Origin: Alphaproteobacteria bacterium
GTDB taxonomy: Bacteria > Pseudomonadota > Alphaproteobacteria > SHVV01
Reading direction: 5' to 3'
Assembly: GCA_965261735.1 (NCBI GenBank)
Contig: OZ253470.1
Span: 96,001-160,000 of the forward strand
Length of the DNA: 64,000 nucleotides
In this document: positions 40,647-50,191 of the stretch, one piece after another
Numbering within the stretch: position 1 is the first letter of the stretch
Layout: the number at the start of each line of letters is the position of its first letter
Program-made: the position numbers and the translations under genes
The notes under the pieces: model-generated
What the model was told of the DNA's origin: nothing
Database searches by the model: none
Seen by the model: the letters and a program-made list of their open reading frames with translations, nothing else

Positions 40647-43055
40647 CTAGTACAGCCCGCCGGTGCCGGCGCGCACGGCGCTGCCCGTTGCCACCGCGCC
40701 GTCGAGCCCGTCGAGCACCGGGCCGGCCTCGCCCGTGGGCTCCGTCCCCGGCTTGAAGGCCTCGAGGATGACGCTCGTATCGCCGCTCGCGGCCGGCAGG
40801 CCCGTTGCCGCATTCACCCGTACCAGCCGGATGCCAGGCGGGATTCGGAACGGAACGTCGGGCGCGTCGGCGAGCGCTTCGGCCATGAAGTCGCGAAAGA
40901 TCGGGGCGGCGACGCTCGATCCCGTCTCGCCGCGTCCCTGCGAGCGCGGGGTATCAAATCCGACGTAGACGCCGACCGCGAGATCCGGCGAGAACCCGAG
41001 AAACCACGTGTCGATCGAATCGTTGGTGGTGCCCGTCTTGCCCGCGATGGGCTTGCCGACCGCGGCCACGCGCCGCCCGGTGCCGCGCTGGACCACGCCC
41101 TGTAGCAGGCTAACGACCTGATAGGCGGTCGCCGGGTCGATGACCTGCTCGCGCGCATCGGCGATGGTGGGCTCGGGCTGGCCACGCCAGCCTATCGTCG
41201 CGCAGCCCGGGCAGGCGCGTGCGTCGTGCCGGAACACGGTGCGCCCGCGCCGATCCTGGATGCGGTCGATGAGCGCCGGCGTGATGCGCCGCCCGCCATT
41301 CACGAACATCGCGTAAGCGGTCGTCAGGCGCGCCAACGTGGTTTCGGCTGCGCCCAGCGACATCGACAGCATGCGCGGCATGGAATCGACGATCCCCAGC
41401 CGCTCGGCATAGCTCGCCACTTCCTCCATGCCGATGAAGCGCGCGAGGCGCACGGTCATCAGGTTGCGTGACTTCTCGATACCGAGGCGCAGCGTGCTCG
41501 GGCCGTAGAACTTGCGGGTGTAGTTGGCGGGTTTCCACTTGGGCAGCCCGGGCCCCTGATCGATGACGATAGGCCCATCGAGAATGCGGTTCGAGGGCGT
41601 AAGGCCCTGCTCGAGCGCCGCCGCGTAAACCACCGGCTTAAACGCCGAGCCGGGCTGGCGACGCGCCTGCGTCGCTCGATTGAACTGGCTGCGCTCGTAC
41701 GAGTAGCCGCCGACGAGCGCCAGCACCCGCCCGGTATGCGGATCCATGGCGATGAGGGCGCCATCGATGTCCGGCAACTGGCGCAGCGCATAGCCACCCG
41801 GGGACGCGGCCGCGAGCGGCTCGACGGCGATGACGTCGCCCTGCGCCAGGACGTCGCGGGCGTCGCGCACCTTGGGCCCGAGCGCCTGCCCCACCTTCCA
41901 TGGGCGCGCCCAAGCCATCTCGGTGAGCGGTATGAAGCCGCGCTCGCCGCCCCGCAAGCCGATCTCGGCGCCCTCGCGTGTGCCGGCGAGGACCACGGCG
42001 AGCCGCCAGTGGCTGAGCCCCACGGGCGCGTCGACCATGGCTAGGCGCGCCGGCCACGCCGCGTCGACGAGGATCTGAGCGAGTGGCCCACGCCAGCCGT
42101 GGCGCCGGTCATAAGCCTCGAGGCCGGATCTCAGCGTGCGATCTCCGACCTCCTGAAGCCGCGGGTCGAGCGTGGTCCGAACCGATAGTCCGCCCTCGTA
42201 GAGCGCCTTCTCCCCGTAGTGGTCGAGCAACTCGCGCCGTACCTCCTCGACGAAATAGTCGGCGCGAACGAACTCCGCCTCGGCGCGGTTGCGCACGATC
42301 AGGGGCTCGAGCGCGCCTCGTGAGGCATCAAGATCGTTGATAAGCCCGTCTTCGCGCATGCGGCCGAGGACCCAGTCGCGCCGCGCCTTGGCCGCCAAGG
42401 GCTGGCGCAGCGGGTGGTAGTTGTTGGGTGCCTTCGGGAGCGCCGCCAGGAAGGCGGTTTCCCCGAGGGTCAATTCGTCGAGCGAGCGATCGAAATAATT
42501 GAGCGCCGCGGCGGCGACGCCGTAGGAGCCGAAACCAAGGTAGATTTTGTTGAGATAGAGTTCGAGAATTCGCTCCTTGGGCAGCGCCCGCTCGATACGG
42601 AACGCGAGAATCGCTTCCTTGACCTTGCGCTCGACGGAGACCTCGTTACTCAGCAGGAAGTTCTTCGCGACCTGCTGGGTGATGGTCGAGCCGCCGACGG
42701 GCCGGCGCTCCTTGCCGTAGCTGCGGATGTTGGTGAGGGTAGCGCGCAGGACGCTGAGCGCGTCGACGCCTGGATGCTTGAAGAAGTTCTTGTCCTCGGC
42801 CGCCAGGAAGGCGCTGATCAGCTGCTTGGGCATGGCCGAAACCGGCACGAACACGCGCTTCTCGATCGCGTACTCGGCGAGCAGCCGTCCGTTTCCGGCG
42901 TGCACCCGGGTCATCGTCGGCGGCTCGTAGCCCGCGAGCTGCTGGTAGTCCGGCAGGGCGCGTCCGAACTGGTAGAGCACATAAAGGGCGCCACCGCCCG
43001 CCGCCAATAGCAGCAGGACGAGGCTCAGGCCGGCATAGGCAAGAAATCTAAGCAT
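40647..43055 (-). CDS. mrcA: Penicillin-binding protein 1A
   Basis: AAEDKNF, STITQQVAKN, SAFK, SRN and KTGT motifs. Confidence 0.96.
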   Translation of the reverse strand: MLRFLAYAGLSLVLLLLAAGGGALYVLYQFGRALPDYQQLAGYEPPTMTRVHAGNGRLLAEYAIEKRVFVPVSAMPKQLISAFLAAEDKNFFKHPGVDALSVLRATLTNIRSYGKERRPVGGSTITQQVAKNFLLSNEVSVERKVKEAILAFRIERALPKERILELYLNKIYLGFGSYGVAAAALNYFDRSLDELTLGETAFLAALPKAPNNYHPLRQPLAAKARRDWVLGRMREDGLINDLDASRGALEPLIVRNRAEAEFVRADYFVEEVRRELLDHYGEKALYEGGLSVRTTLDPRLQEVGDRTLRSGLEAYDRRHGWRGPLAQILVDAAWPARLAMVDAPVGLSHWRLAVVLAGTREGAEIGLRGGERGFIPLTEMAWARPWKVGQALGPKVRDARDVLAQGDVIAVEPLAAASPGGYALRQLPDIDGALIAMDPHTGRVLALVGGYSYERSQFNRATQARRQPGSAFKPVVYAAALEQGLTPSNRILDGPIVIDQGPGLPKWKPANYTRKFYGPSTLRLGIEKSRNLMTVRLARFIGMEEVASYAERLGIVDSMPRMLSMSLGAAETTLARLTTAYAMFVNGGRRITPALIDRIQDRRGRTVFRHDARACPGCATIGWRGQPEPTIADAREQVIDPATAYQVVSLLQGVVQRGTGRRVAAVGKPIAGKTGTTNDSIDTWFLGFSPDLAVGVYVGFDTPRSQGRGETGSSVAAPIFRDFMAEALADAPDVPFRIPPGIRLVRVNAATGLPAASGDTSVILEAFKPGTEPTGEAGPVLDGLDGAVATGSAVRAGTGGLY

Positions 43056-43146
43056 CCGATGGTCTTAGCCTGCCCCCCGGCACATCACCGCGGCCAGCCC
43101 ACGCGGCGCGGCATCAAGACTAGCATAGGGGCGAAATTTGTCCGAG

Positions 43147-44343
43147 TTATGGCAATTCGACCAATTCGCCGCGGCGCCTGAAATAGGCGTCGGTGGAGCG
43201 GACGAGCGCCTCGACGAGGGTTGCACGCCCGGCGGTCGAGGAAAGCAACCTCTCGTCGGCGCGGTTCGAGAGGTAACCGAGCTCGACGAGCACCGAGGGC
43301 ACATCTGGCCCTTTGAGGACCGCGAATCCAGCGAACCGGTGGCTGCTGCGCAGGACCCGCGCGCGCCGGCGCATCTCGGTGATGAGGATATTCGCGTAGC
43401 GCGCCGACATGTTCATGGTCTCACGCTGGGCCAAGTCGATGAGGATGCTGGAGACCTCGTCGCTCTCGTCGCTGAGGTCGACGCCGGCCAGTATGTCGGC
43501 ACGGTTTTCCTTGGCCGCGAGTTCCGCCGCTTCCTTGTCCGAGGCCGTTTCGGACAGGGTGTAGACAGAGGCTCCCCGCACCCGTCGGTTGGGGATGACA
43601 TCGGCGTGGAGCGAAACGAAGAGTTCGCCTTCGGCGTCGCGCGCCGTCTTGATGCGGTCGCGCAAGCTCACGAAGACGTCGCTGTCGCGCGTCATCGCGA
43701 CGCGGTATCGGCCCGTGGCGACAAGCGCCGCACTCAGCTCGCGCGCCGCCGCCAGCGTGATGTTCTTTTCGTAAGCGCCGGTGGCGCCGATGGCGCCGGG
43801 GTCGACGCCGCCGTGCCCCGGATCGATGACCACGACCCGGGCCACCGAAGAGCTGCCCGGGCGGCTTTTCGGCAAGCGCACAACCGCGGCCGGCATCGCC
43901 GGCATCGCGGAGCCGCGGAAATCGCGCGCGGCAACCGCTCCGAGATCGATCACCACCCGGTGGGCGTGCCCCTCTTTGGGGGCCAGCACGAAATCACGTA
44001 CCACCCGCACGGGGCCGGTCAGATCGAGGACGATCCGCGACACTCCCTGCGTGAAAGGGCCGTAGCGGTAGCCGTGGATGAGCCCGCGGGCGCCGGGGTT
44101 GGCTTCCGGGTGGTTGCGCCAAACGGCGCCGGGGAGGTCGATGACCAACCGATAAGGGTCGGCGAGCGCGAAGATCGTGTAGTCGACAGCCTCGGTTACT
44201 TCGATGACGAATCGGGTCTTGTCGGGATGCTCGCCGACACGGAGCGCGGTCACGACAGGCTCAGCCCGCAGGCCGCCCGCAGGAGCCGACAGCGCGAGGA
44301 GAATGGCCGCAGCGCATGCGCGAACTCCCCACACACCTAACAT
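43147..44343 (-). CDS. amiC: N-acetylmuramoyl-L-alanine amidase with AMIN domain
   Basis: IDPGHGGVDPGA, EK, SLHAD, LVELGYLSN. Confidence 0.92.
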   Translation of the reverse strand: MLGVWGVRACAAAILLALSAPAGGLRAEPVVTALRVGEHPDKTRFVIEVTEAVDYTIFALADPYRLVIDLPGAVWRNHPEANPGARGLIHGYRYGPFTQGVSRIVLDLTGPVRVVRDFVLAPKEGHAHRVVIDLGAVAARDFRGSAMPAMPAAVVRLPKSRPGSSSVARVVVIDPGHGGVDPGAIGATGAYEKNITLAAARELSAALVATGRYRVAMTRDSDVFVSLRDRIKTARDAEGELFVSLHADVIPNRRVRGASVYTLSETASDKEAAELAAKENRADILAGVDLSDESDEVSSILIDLAQRETMNMSARYANILITEMRRRARVLRSSHRFAGFAVLKGPDVPSVLVELGYLSNRADERLLSSTAGRATLVEALVRSTDAYFRRRGELVELP

Positions 44344-44806
44344 GTAGTGGCGCTCCCCTAGATTCGCACTATATATAACGGCAGTTGAAGCGATCCGGCA
44401 AAGGATATAGTGTCAAGTCGTGGCGACCCCAAACCGCGAATCCTATTGTCCTTATTTTGCGGCCAGCGTCAGAATGGATTTGATCTACCTGCGCGGGCAA
44501 CGCCGCAGCGGGGTTTTGTTTCAGGGCTTCCGGCCCGTTTGGCCGGCGGCGACATAATGCGGATACAGACTCAAACCACAGGTAGAGCCGCCGTCCCCTC
44601 CGCCCGCCACCTGCTATCACCGGCTCGATTGAGAGATTCGTTGGTGCCCCGGCGCTTCGACCGGGGCATCGGCAGCCTGTCGCATCGCCGCAAGAACATT
44701 GATTGCGCGCGGCCATGCACTGGCGCCACCCCTACCACCGTAACATCAGACAAGGCGCCGCGGCGCGAACGCGCTGCAGCGACTTACAAACATGGAGTTT
44801 CGCTAC

Positions 44807-47353
44807 ATGACCACGCGTATGTTAATCGACGCGGCCCACCCGGAGGAGACCCGGGTGGTCGTCGTTCGCGGCAACCGTCTCGAAGAGTTTGATTTCGAGA
44901 CTTCGACCAAGAAACAGCTCAAGGGAAATATCTATCTCGCGAAGGTAACCAGGGTCGAGCCCTCGCTGCAGGCGGCCTTCGTCGACTACGGCGGGAACCG
45001 GCACGGGTTCCTCGCGTTCAACGAGATTCATCCCGACTACTATCAGATCCCGATCGCGGACCGCGAGGCGCTGCTCGCGGAGGAGGCCGCGAGCGACGCG
45101 GCGGAAAGGGCCGAGGCGGATGCCGCGGCCGACGCCGCGGGCGGCACGGGCGCCGGCGACGACGCCGAGCTGACGGCCCCCGAACCGAGCGATCCCGACG
45201 AGGCCGCGATCGCCGAATCCACCGGGAGCGGCGGCGACGGCACCTCGGCCGGCGAAACTAGGTCACCGACGGAAGTCGAGGCGGTCGGCGGCGACGAGGT
45301 CGACGAGGTCACCCGGCGGCGTGCCCGCACCAACCGGCGCTACAAGATCCAGGAAGTCATCAAGCGCCGCCAGATACTCCTCGTCCAGGTGGTCAAGGAG
45401 GAACGCGGCACCAAAGGGGCCGCGCTCACCACGTATGTGTCGCTCGCCGGGCGACACTGCGTGTTGATGCCCAACACGGCCCGCGGCGGCGGCATCAGCA
45501 GAAAGATCGTTAGTGCTCCCGACCGCAAGCGGCTCAAATCCATCGTCAACGATCTCAGCGTCCCCGAGGGGATGGGACTTATCGTCCGCACGGCGGGCGC
45601 GCAACGCAGCAAGGCGGAAATTCGCCGGGACTACGACTTCCTGCTGAGGCACTGGGATACCGTTCGCGAGCTCACCTTGAACTCGACCGCGCCCGCGCTC
45701 GTGCACGAGGAAGCCAACCTGATCAAGCGATCGATCCGCGACCTCTACACCAAGGACATCGACCAAGTGCTGGTCGAGGGCGACGAAGGCTACAAGACGG
45801 CCAAGGCGTTCATGCGCATGCTCATGCCGAGCCACGCCGCACGGGTTCAGCCCTACCGGGATCGCGTTCCCCTATTCCACAGCCAGGGTGTGGAGCAGCA
45901 GTTCGATCCCATTCACAGTCCCGTGGTTCACCTCAACGGGGGCGGCTACATCATCATCAGCCCGACCGAGGCGCTGGTCTCCGTCGACGTCAACTCGGGC
46001 CGCGCCACAAAGGAACGCAATATCGAGGAAACGGCGGTGAAGACCAACCTCGAGGCGGCGGTCGAGATCGCGCGCCAGTTGCGCCTGAGGGACCTCGCCG
46101 GGCTCATCGTCATTGATTTTATCGACATGGACGAGGGCAGGAACAACCGCGCCGTCGAGCGCCGCATCAAGGAGTCGCTGAAATCGGACCGGGCGCGCAT
46201 CCAGGTCGGGCGCATTAGTGCCTTCGGCCTGCTTGAAATGTCGCGCCAACGCCTGCGACCGAGCTTGATCGAGGCGAGCACGGATGTGTGCGAGCGCTGC
46301 GGCGGGGCCGGTCACGTGCGCTCCACGGAATCCTCCGCGCTGCAGGTGCTGCGCGCCATCGAGGATGAGGGCATTCGCGAGTCCGGCGCCGAGATCACCG
46401 TCCACGTCGCGACGCCCATCGCGATCTACCTGTTGAACCACAAGCGGGCCTCGGTCGCCGACATCGAGCGCCGCTACGACTTCACGATCATCTTCTTTGG
46501 CGACGACAAGCTCGTGCCTCCCGAACACCGCATCGATCGGCTGGCGAAGCCGAGCGCCGCTCGGGTCGAGGCGGCCGCGGAGGCGCCTGCCGGCGAGGAA
46601 GGAGAGGCCGAAGGCGCGGCGACCGAGGAGGATTCGGCGGAAGCTGCCGGTAAACGCCGTCGGCGAGGCAAGCGCGGCGGGCGCCGCCGCTCCAAGCGGG
46701 GCGGCGCGGAGGAAGTCGTTAGCGAGGCGACGCCAGCCCCCATGGGCGAAAGTGAGCCCGTGGGCGAGGATGAACCCGCGAGCGAGGGCGAACTCGTGGC
46801 CGAGGCCGCGGCACCGCCGACGGCCGTCAGCGACGAATCGCCGCCGCGCGAAGGCAAGCCGGCGAAGCGCCGCCGCCGCAGCCGCGCGCGCAAGCCCAAG
46901 ACGGACGCCGATATGGCGGTCGCAGCTGACGACTCCGATGCGGCGCCGCCTGGCGGCAACGGGGGAAGCGCCGAGGCTGGCCCGGTCGAGGTTCCGGCCA
47001 CCGCGGGTATCCCCTGGAGCGGCGATCCAGCCGAGGTGAATGTTGCGGCGGCTTCCCCCTCGACCGTGGTCTGGAGTAGCGAGAGCGAGGTCGAGCAGGT
47101 CCCTTCGCTGGCCGCCGAGCGTGAGGCCGAGCCAATGACCGTCGAGCCGCCAGCGATCGAGGCGGCCGTTTCGATTCAGACGCTGGAGAGCCGACCGATT
47201 GAGTCACGGGACACGGCGCCCAGCGATGAGGCCGGCGCAGACGCCGGCGTCGACGCCCCTACGCCATCGGCCATCGCCGCCGAGGCGGAGTCAGAAGATG
47301 AGGGAGAGAAGGGAGCCCGCCGCCGCGGCTGGTGGCGACGCGTGATCGAATAG
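44807..47353 (+). CDS. rne: Ribonuclease E
   Basis: GNIYLAKVTRVEPSLQAAF, DVNSG, IDFIDM, CxxC Zn-link, disordered charge-patterned tail ending in GWW. Confidence 0.97.
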   Translation: MTTRMLIDAAHPEETRVVVVRGNRLEEFDFETSTKKQLKGNIYLAKVTRVEPSLQAAFVDYGGNRHGFLAFNEIHPDYYQIPIADREALLAEEAASDAAERAEADAAADAAGGTGAGDDAELTAPEPSDPDEAAIAESTGSGGDGTSAGETRSPTEVEAVGGDEVDEVTRRRARTNRRYKIQEVIKRRQILLVQVVKEERGTKGAALTTYVSLAGRHCVLMPNTARGGGISRKIVSAPDRKRLKSIVNDLSVPEGMGLIVRTAGAQRSKAEIRRDYDFLLRHWDTVRELTLNSTAPALVHEEANLIKRSIRDLYTKDIDQVLVEGDEGYKTAKAFMRMLMPSHAARVQPYRDRVPLFHSQGVEQQFDPIHSPVVHLNGGGYIIISPTEALVSVDVNSGRATKERNIEETAVKTNLEAAVEIARQLRLRDLAGLIVIDFIDMDEGRNNRAVERRIKESLKSDRARIQVGRISAFGLLEMSRQRLRPSLIEASTDVCERCGGAGHVRSTESSALQVLRAIEDEGIRESGAEITVHVATPIAIYLLNHKRASVADIERRYDFTIIFFGDDKLVPPEHRIDRLAKPSAARVEAAAEAPAGEEGEAEGAATEEDSAEAAGKRRRRGKRGGRRRSKRGGAEEVVSEATPAPMGESEPVGEDEPASEGELVAEAAAPPTAVSDESPPREGKPAKRRRRSRARKPKTDADMAVAADDSDAAPPGGNGGSAEAGPVEVPATAGIPWSGDPAEVNVAAASPSTVVWSSESEVEQVPSLAAEREAEPMTVEPPAIEAAVSIQTLESRPIESRDTAPSDEAGADAGVDAPTPSAIAAEAESEDEGEKGARRRGWWRRVIE

Positions 47354-47358
47354 CGGCG

Positions 47359-47380
47359 GGGAGCGCGGACAGGCGCTCCC
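47359..47380. terminator. GC-rich hairpin between convergent rne and aminotransferase genes
   Basis: GGGAGCGC-GGACAG-GCGCTCCC; no U tract. Confidence 0.4.
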
Positions 47381-47381
47381 G

Positions 47382-48536
47382 TCAGGCGAGCCACTTCTTC
47401 AGGCGCCGCGCGGCCTCGGCCATGTCTTCGGTCGCGCCGGCGAAGCAAAAACGCACGTAGGCGCTGCCGCGATCGACGTCGAAATCGACGCCGGGCGTCG
47501 CCGCGACCCCGGTTTGCGCCAGCATATCCTTGCAAAATGCGGTGCTGTCATTGGTCAGCTTGCGCACGTCGGCAAACAAGTAGAAGGCCCCGTCCGCCGG
47601 GGCCAGCCGATTGAATCCGGCCGCCGGCAGCTCCTTCAGCAGGAGTTCGCGGTTACGCGCATAGCGCTCGACGTTGAGGTCGAGCTCGTCGCCGCAGTCG
47701 AACGCGTGGCCACCGGCGAGCTGCGCCAGGGTCGGCGGCGAGATGAACAGATTCTGCGCCAAGCGCTCGATCGTGCGCACGAGATCTTCGGGCAGCACCA
47801 TCCACCCAAGCCGCCAACCGGTCATGCAATAGTATTTGGAGAAACTGTTGATGACGATGGCGTGGTCGTTGAACGCGAGCGCGGTCTCGGCCCGCTCACC
47901 GTAGGCTATGCCGTGGTAGATTTCGTCTGAAATCACGCGAATACGCTTTGCCGCGCAATAGTCGAGCAGCTCCTCGAGCGCGCTCGAGGAGAGCATCGTG
48001 CCCGTCGGGTTGGCCGGGCTCGCGATGAGGAGGCCGTCGAGCGCGCCGGCGCCGGCGTCGGCCTCGAGCAGCGCCGGCGTCGGTTGGAAGCGGTCCTCCG
48101 GGCCACTCGCCAGGCACACGGGCTCGATGCTCAGCGCCGAGAGGATATTGCGGTAGGCCGGGTAGCCGGGAGCGGTCAGGGCCACCCGATCACCGATGTC
48201 GAACGAGGCGAGAAACGAGAGTAGAAAGCCGCCCGAGGAGCCGTTGGTTAGGACGATGCGCGATGGCGCCACGTCGATCCCATAGGCTTCGCCATAGTGG
48301 CGCGCGATTCGCGCGCGTAGGTCGGGCACACCGAGCGCCTCGGTGTAGCCGAGCGGGGCCTCGCGCAGCGCGGTGACGGCTGCTTCGATGACGGGCCTTG
48401 GGGCGCCCGTGCTCGGCTCGCCGATCTCGAGGTGGATGACGTCGGCGCCGGCGGCGGCGCGCTCATTCGCCGCCTTGAGCACCTCCATCGCGTAGAAGGG
48501 GGAAATGGCGCTGCGCCGTGATGCTTTTATGGCCAC
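47382..48536 (-). CDS. Class I/II PLP-dependent aminotransferase
   Basis: SPANPTG, SDEIYH, NSFSKYYCMTGWRLG. Confidence 0.93.
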   Translation of the reverse strand: MAIKASRRSAISPFYAMEVLKAANERAAAGADVIHLEIGEPSTGAPRPVIEAAVTALREAPLGYTEALGVPDLRARIARHYGEAYGIDVAPSRIVLTNGSSGGFLLSFLASFDIGDRVALTAPGYPAYRNILSALSIEPVCLASGPEDRFQPTPALLEADAGAGALDGLLIASPANPTGTMLSSSALEELLDYCAAKRIRVISDEIYHGIAYGERAETALAFNDHAIVINSFSKYYCMTGWRLGWMVLPEDLVRTIERLAQNLFISPPTLAQLAGGHAFDCGDELDLNVERYARNRELLLKELPAAGFNRLAPADGAFYLFADVRKLTNDSTAFCKDMLAQTGVAATPGVDFDVDRGSAYVRFCFAGATEDMAEAARRLKKWLA

Positions 48537-48563
48537 GTTGGAACTCCGACTCTTGCCTGGACG

Positions 48564-50165
48564 CTAGCGCCCGACTCGTAAGCCGAAGGATCGCCGATCC
48601 GCGCGGAAGGTGCACTCGCCGACAAAGCCACTCGGGCTCTGTGGACAATGGGCGGCGTTGACGAACCCCAGCGGATCGAAGCGGACGGCCGCGTGGCCGC
48701 GCTCGCGCAGCGAAACGAGCGTCTCCGCCTCGACACCGCTCTCATAATGGACGAGATCCGGTGAGCCGACATGGGCGAGGCGAGGCGCGTCGATCGCGCT
48801 GGCGAGCGGCTCACCGTCGAAGAGAACACCAAGGGCCGTTGCCATGACGGCCGCGGGCGCCGCGGCGCCGCCCGAGGCCACGGCGACGAGAACGAGCTCA
48901 TCGACGTGGTGCCGCTCGACCAGCACCGCCCCGAGGTAGGGCTCGCTCGATCCGGCCGCGCGGGTTCGCGCGGGAATGATGCCGGTGAGCGGATCGCGGC
49001 GGCCGACGCCGAAAGGTGCGTTCATCGTCAGTCCGCAGGCGACGGCCGAGCCATCCCGGTCGGCCACGACAAAGCTAGTCGTCCCGTCGCTCCCCGCCAC
49101 GGCGGGCCCGACCGGCGCACCGGGCGGCGCGGTGGTCGGCGCGGTGGTCGGGGCCATAGCATCCGGCGCCATATGCCTGTTGGCGTCGTAGTTGGTCATG
49201 AGCGCATCGGCGCGAAACGCGGAGATCTGCGATACACCCGCGGGTCGGCGGCTGGCGGCGTCTACATAGGCGCGCATCGAGACCTCGGCGAAGAGATGCG
49301 CGCGCTCGTCCTCCGGGGTGCTGCGATAACGATCACCGGCGGTGAGCATCGCCCACATCTCGCCGACCAGCATGCCGCCGAGCGCGGGTCCCGCCGAGGC
49401 GTGCACCGTTAGCTTGGCGAGCGTGAGGCGGGCTGTTTCCCGCCACGCCGGCAGATAGCTCCTCATGTCGTCCAGCGTCAGGGCACCGCCCATGCGGCCC
49501 GCGGCCTCAACGTAGTTGCGTGCGATCATGCCGGCGTGGAAGTCCCCGGGTCCGCGTGTCCTGAGCGCGCTCAGGGTCGCCGCCAGCTCGACTTGCGCCA
49601 GCCCCTCGCCCTCGCTCAAGAGCTTGCCTTCCTTCAGCAACAGCTGCGAGAGGCTGTCGTCGACCTCGATCCGGGCAAAGTTCGTGGCCGCCGACCGCGT
49701 CAAGGCTCGCGACACGGGGTGGCCGAACCTCGCGATTTGCTCGGCCGGCGCCAGGAGCCGCGCCCAACGGAGCCGCCCGTAGCGTGCATGCAGGGCGGCC
49801 ATCGCCCGCACCGAACCCGGCACCGCGACCGCGCCGCCGCCGGCCGGCGTGCGGGGCAAGAACTCGAGGCTCTCGACGATGCCCGTTGCCGCGTCGTAGG
49901 TGATGCACACGCCACCGCCGCCCACGCTGGCGGCAATGGGATAGGTCACCGTGAGGGTGAAGAACAGGGCCACGGCTGCGTCCGCCGCGGTACCGCCCGA
50001 GGACAGTACCTCGCCCGCCACGACCGCCGCGCGGGGCTCGTCCGCCGCCGCCCCGCCGGTATAGCCCTCGACGTTGCCGATGACTCCGAGCTCGGGGCGC
50101 TCCTCGCCGCAGCCGGCCAAGAGCGCGCCGGCCAAGACCACGAGCGCGGCGGATTGACGCCGCAC
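48564..50165 (-). CDS. Gamma-glutamyltransferase-family lipoprotein
   Basis: Lipobox LAGC, GGTAADAAVA, SVGGGG, AVPG, GTTSFVVAD nucleophile region, ADRR end; start uncertain. Confidence 0.85.
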   Translation of the reverse strand: MRRQSAALVVLAGALLAGCGEERPELGVIGNVEGYTGGAAADEPRAAVVAGEVLSSGGTAADAAVALFFTLTVTYPIAASVGGGGVCITYDAATGIVESLEFLPRTPAGGGAVAVPGSVRAMAALHARYGRLRWARLLAPAEQIARFGHPVSRALTRSAATNFARIEVDDSLSQLLLKEGKLLSEGEGLAQVELAATLSALRTRGPGDFHAGMIARNYVEAAGRMGGALTLDDMRSYLPAWRETARLTLAKLTVHASAGPALGGMLVGEMWAMLTAGDRYRSTPEDERAHLFAEVSMRAYVDAASRRPAGVSQISAFRADALMTNYDANRHMAPDAMAPTTAPTTAPPGAPVGPAVAGSDGTTSFVVADRDGSAVACGLTMNAPFGVGRRDPLTGIIPARTRAAGSSEPYLGAVLVERHHVDELVLVAVASGGAAAPAAVMATALGVLFDGEPLASAIDAPRLAHVGSPDLVHYESGVEAETLVSLRERGHAAVRFDPLGFVNAAHCPQSPSGFVGECTFRADRRSFGLRVGR

Positions 50166-50191
50166 CTCCCCCGCCCTAGTTTTCACGCTCG

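Noticed and set aside
45080-45300. Acidic low-complexity insert in the RNase E S1 domain as a possible intein or foreign insertion
   Set aside because: No intein motifs; such S1 inserts are typical of alphaproteobacterial RNase E.
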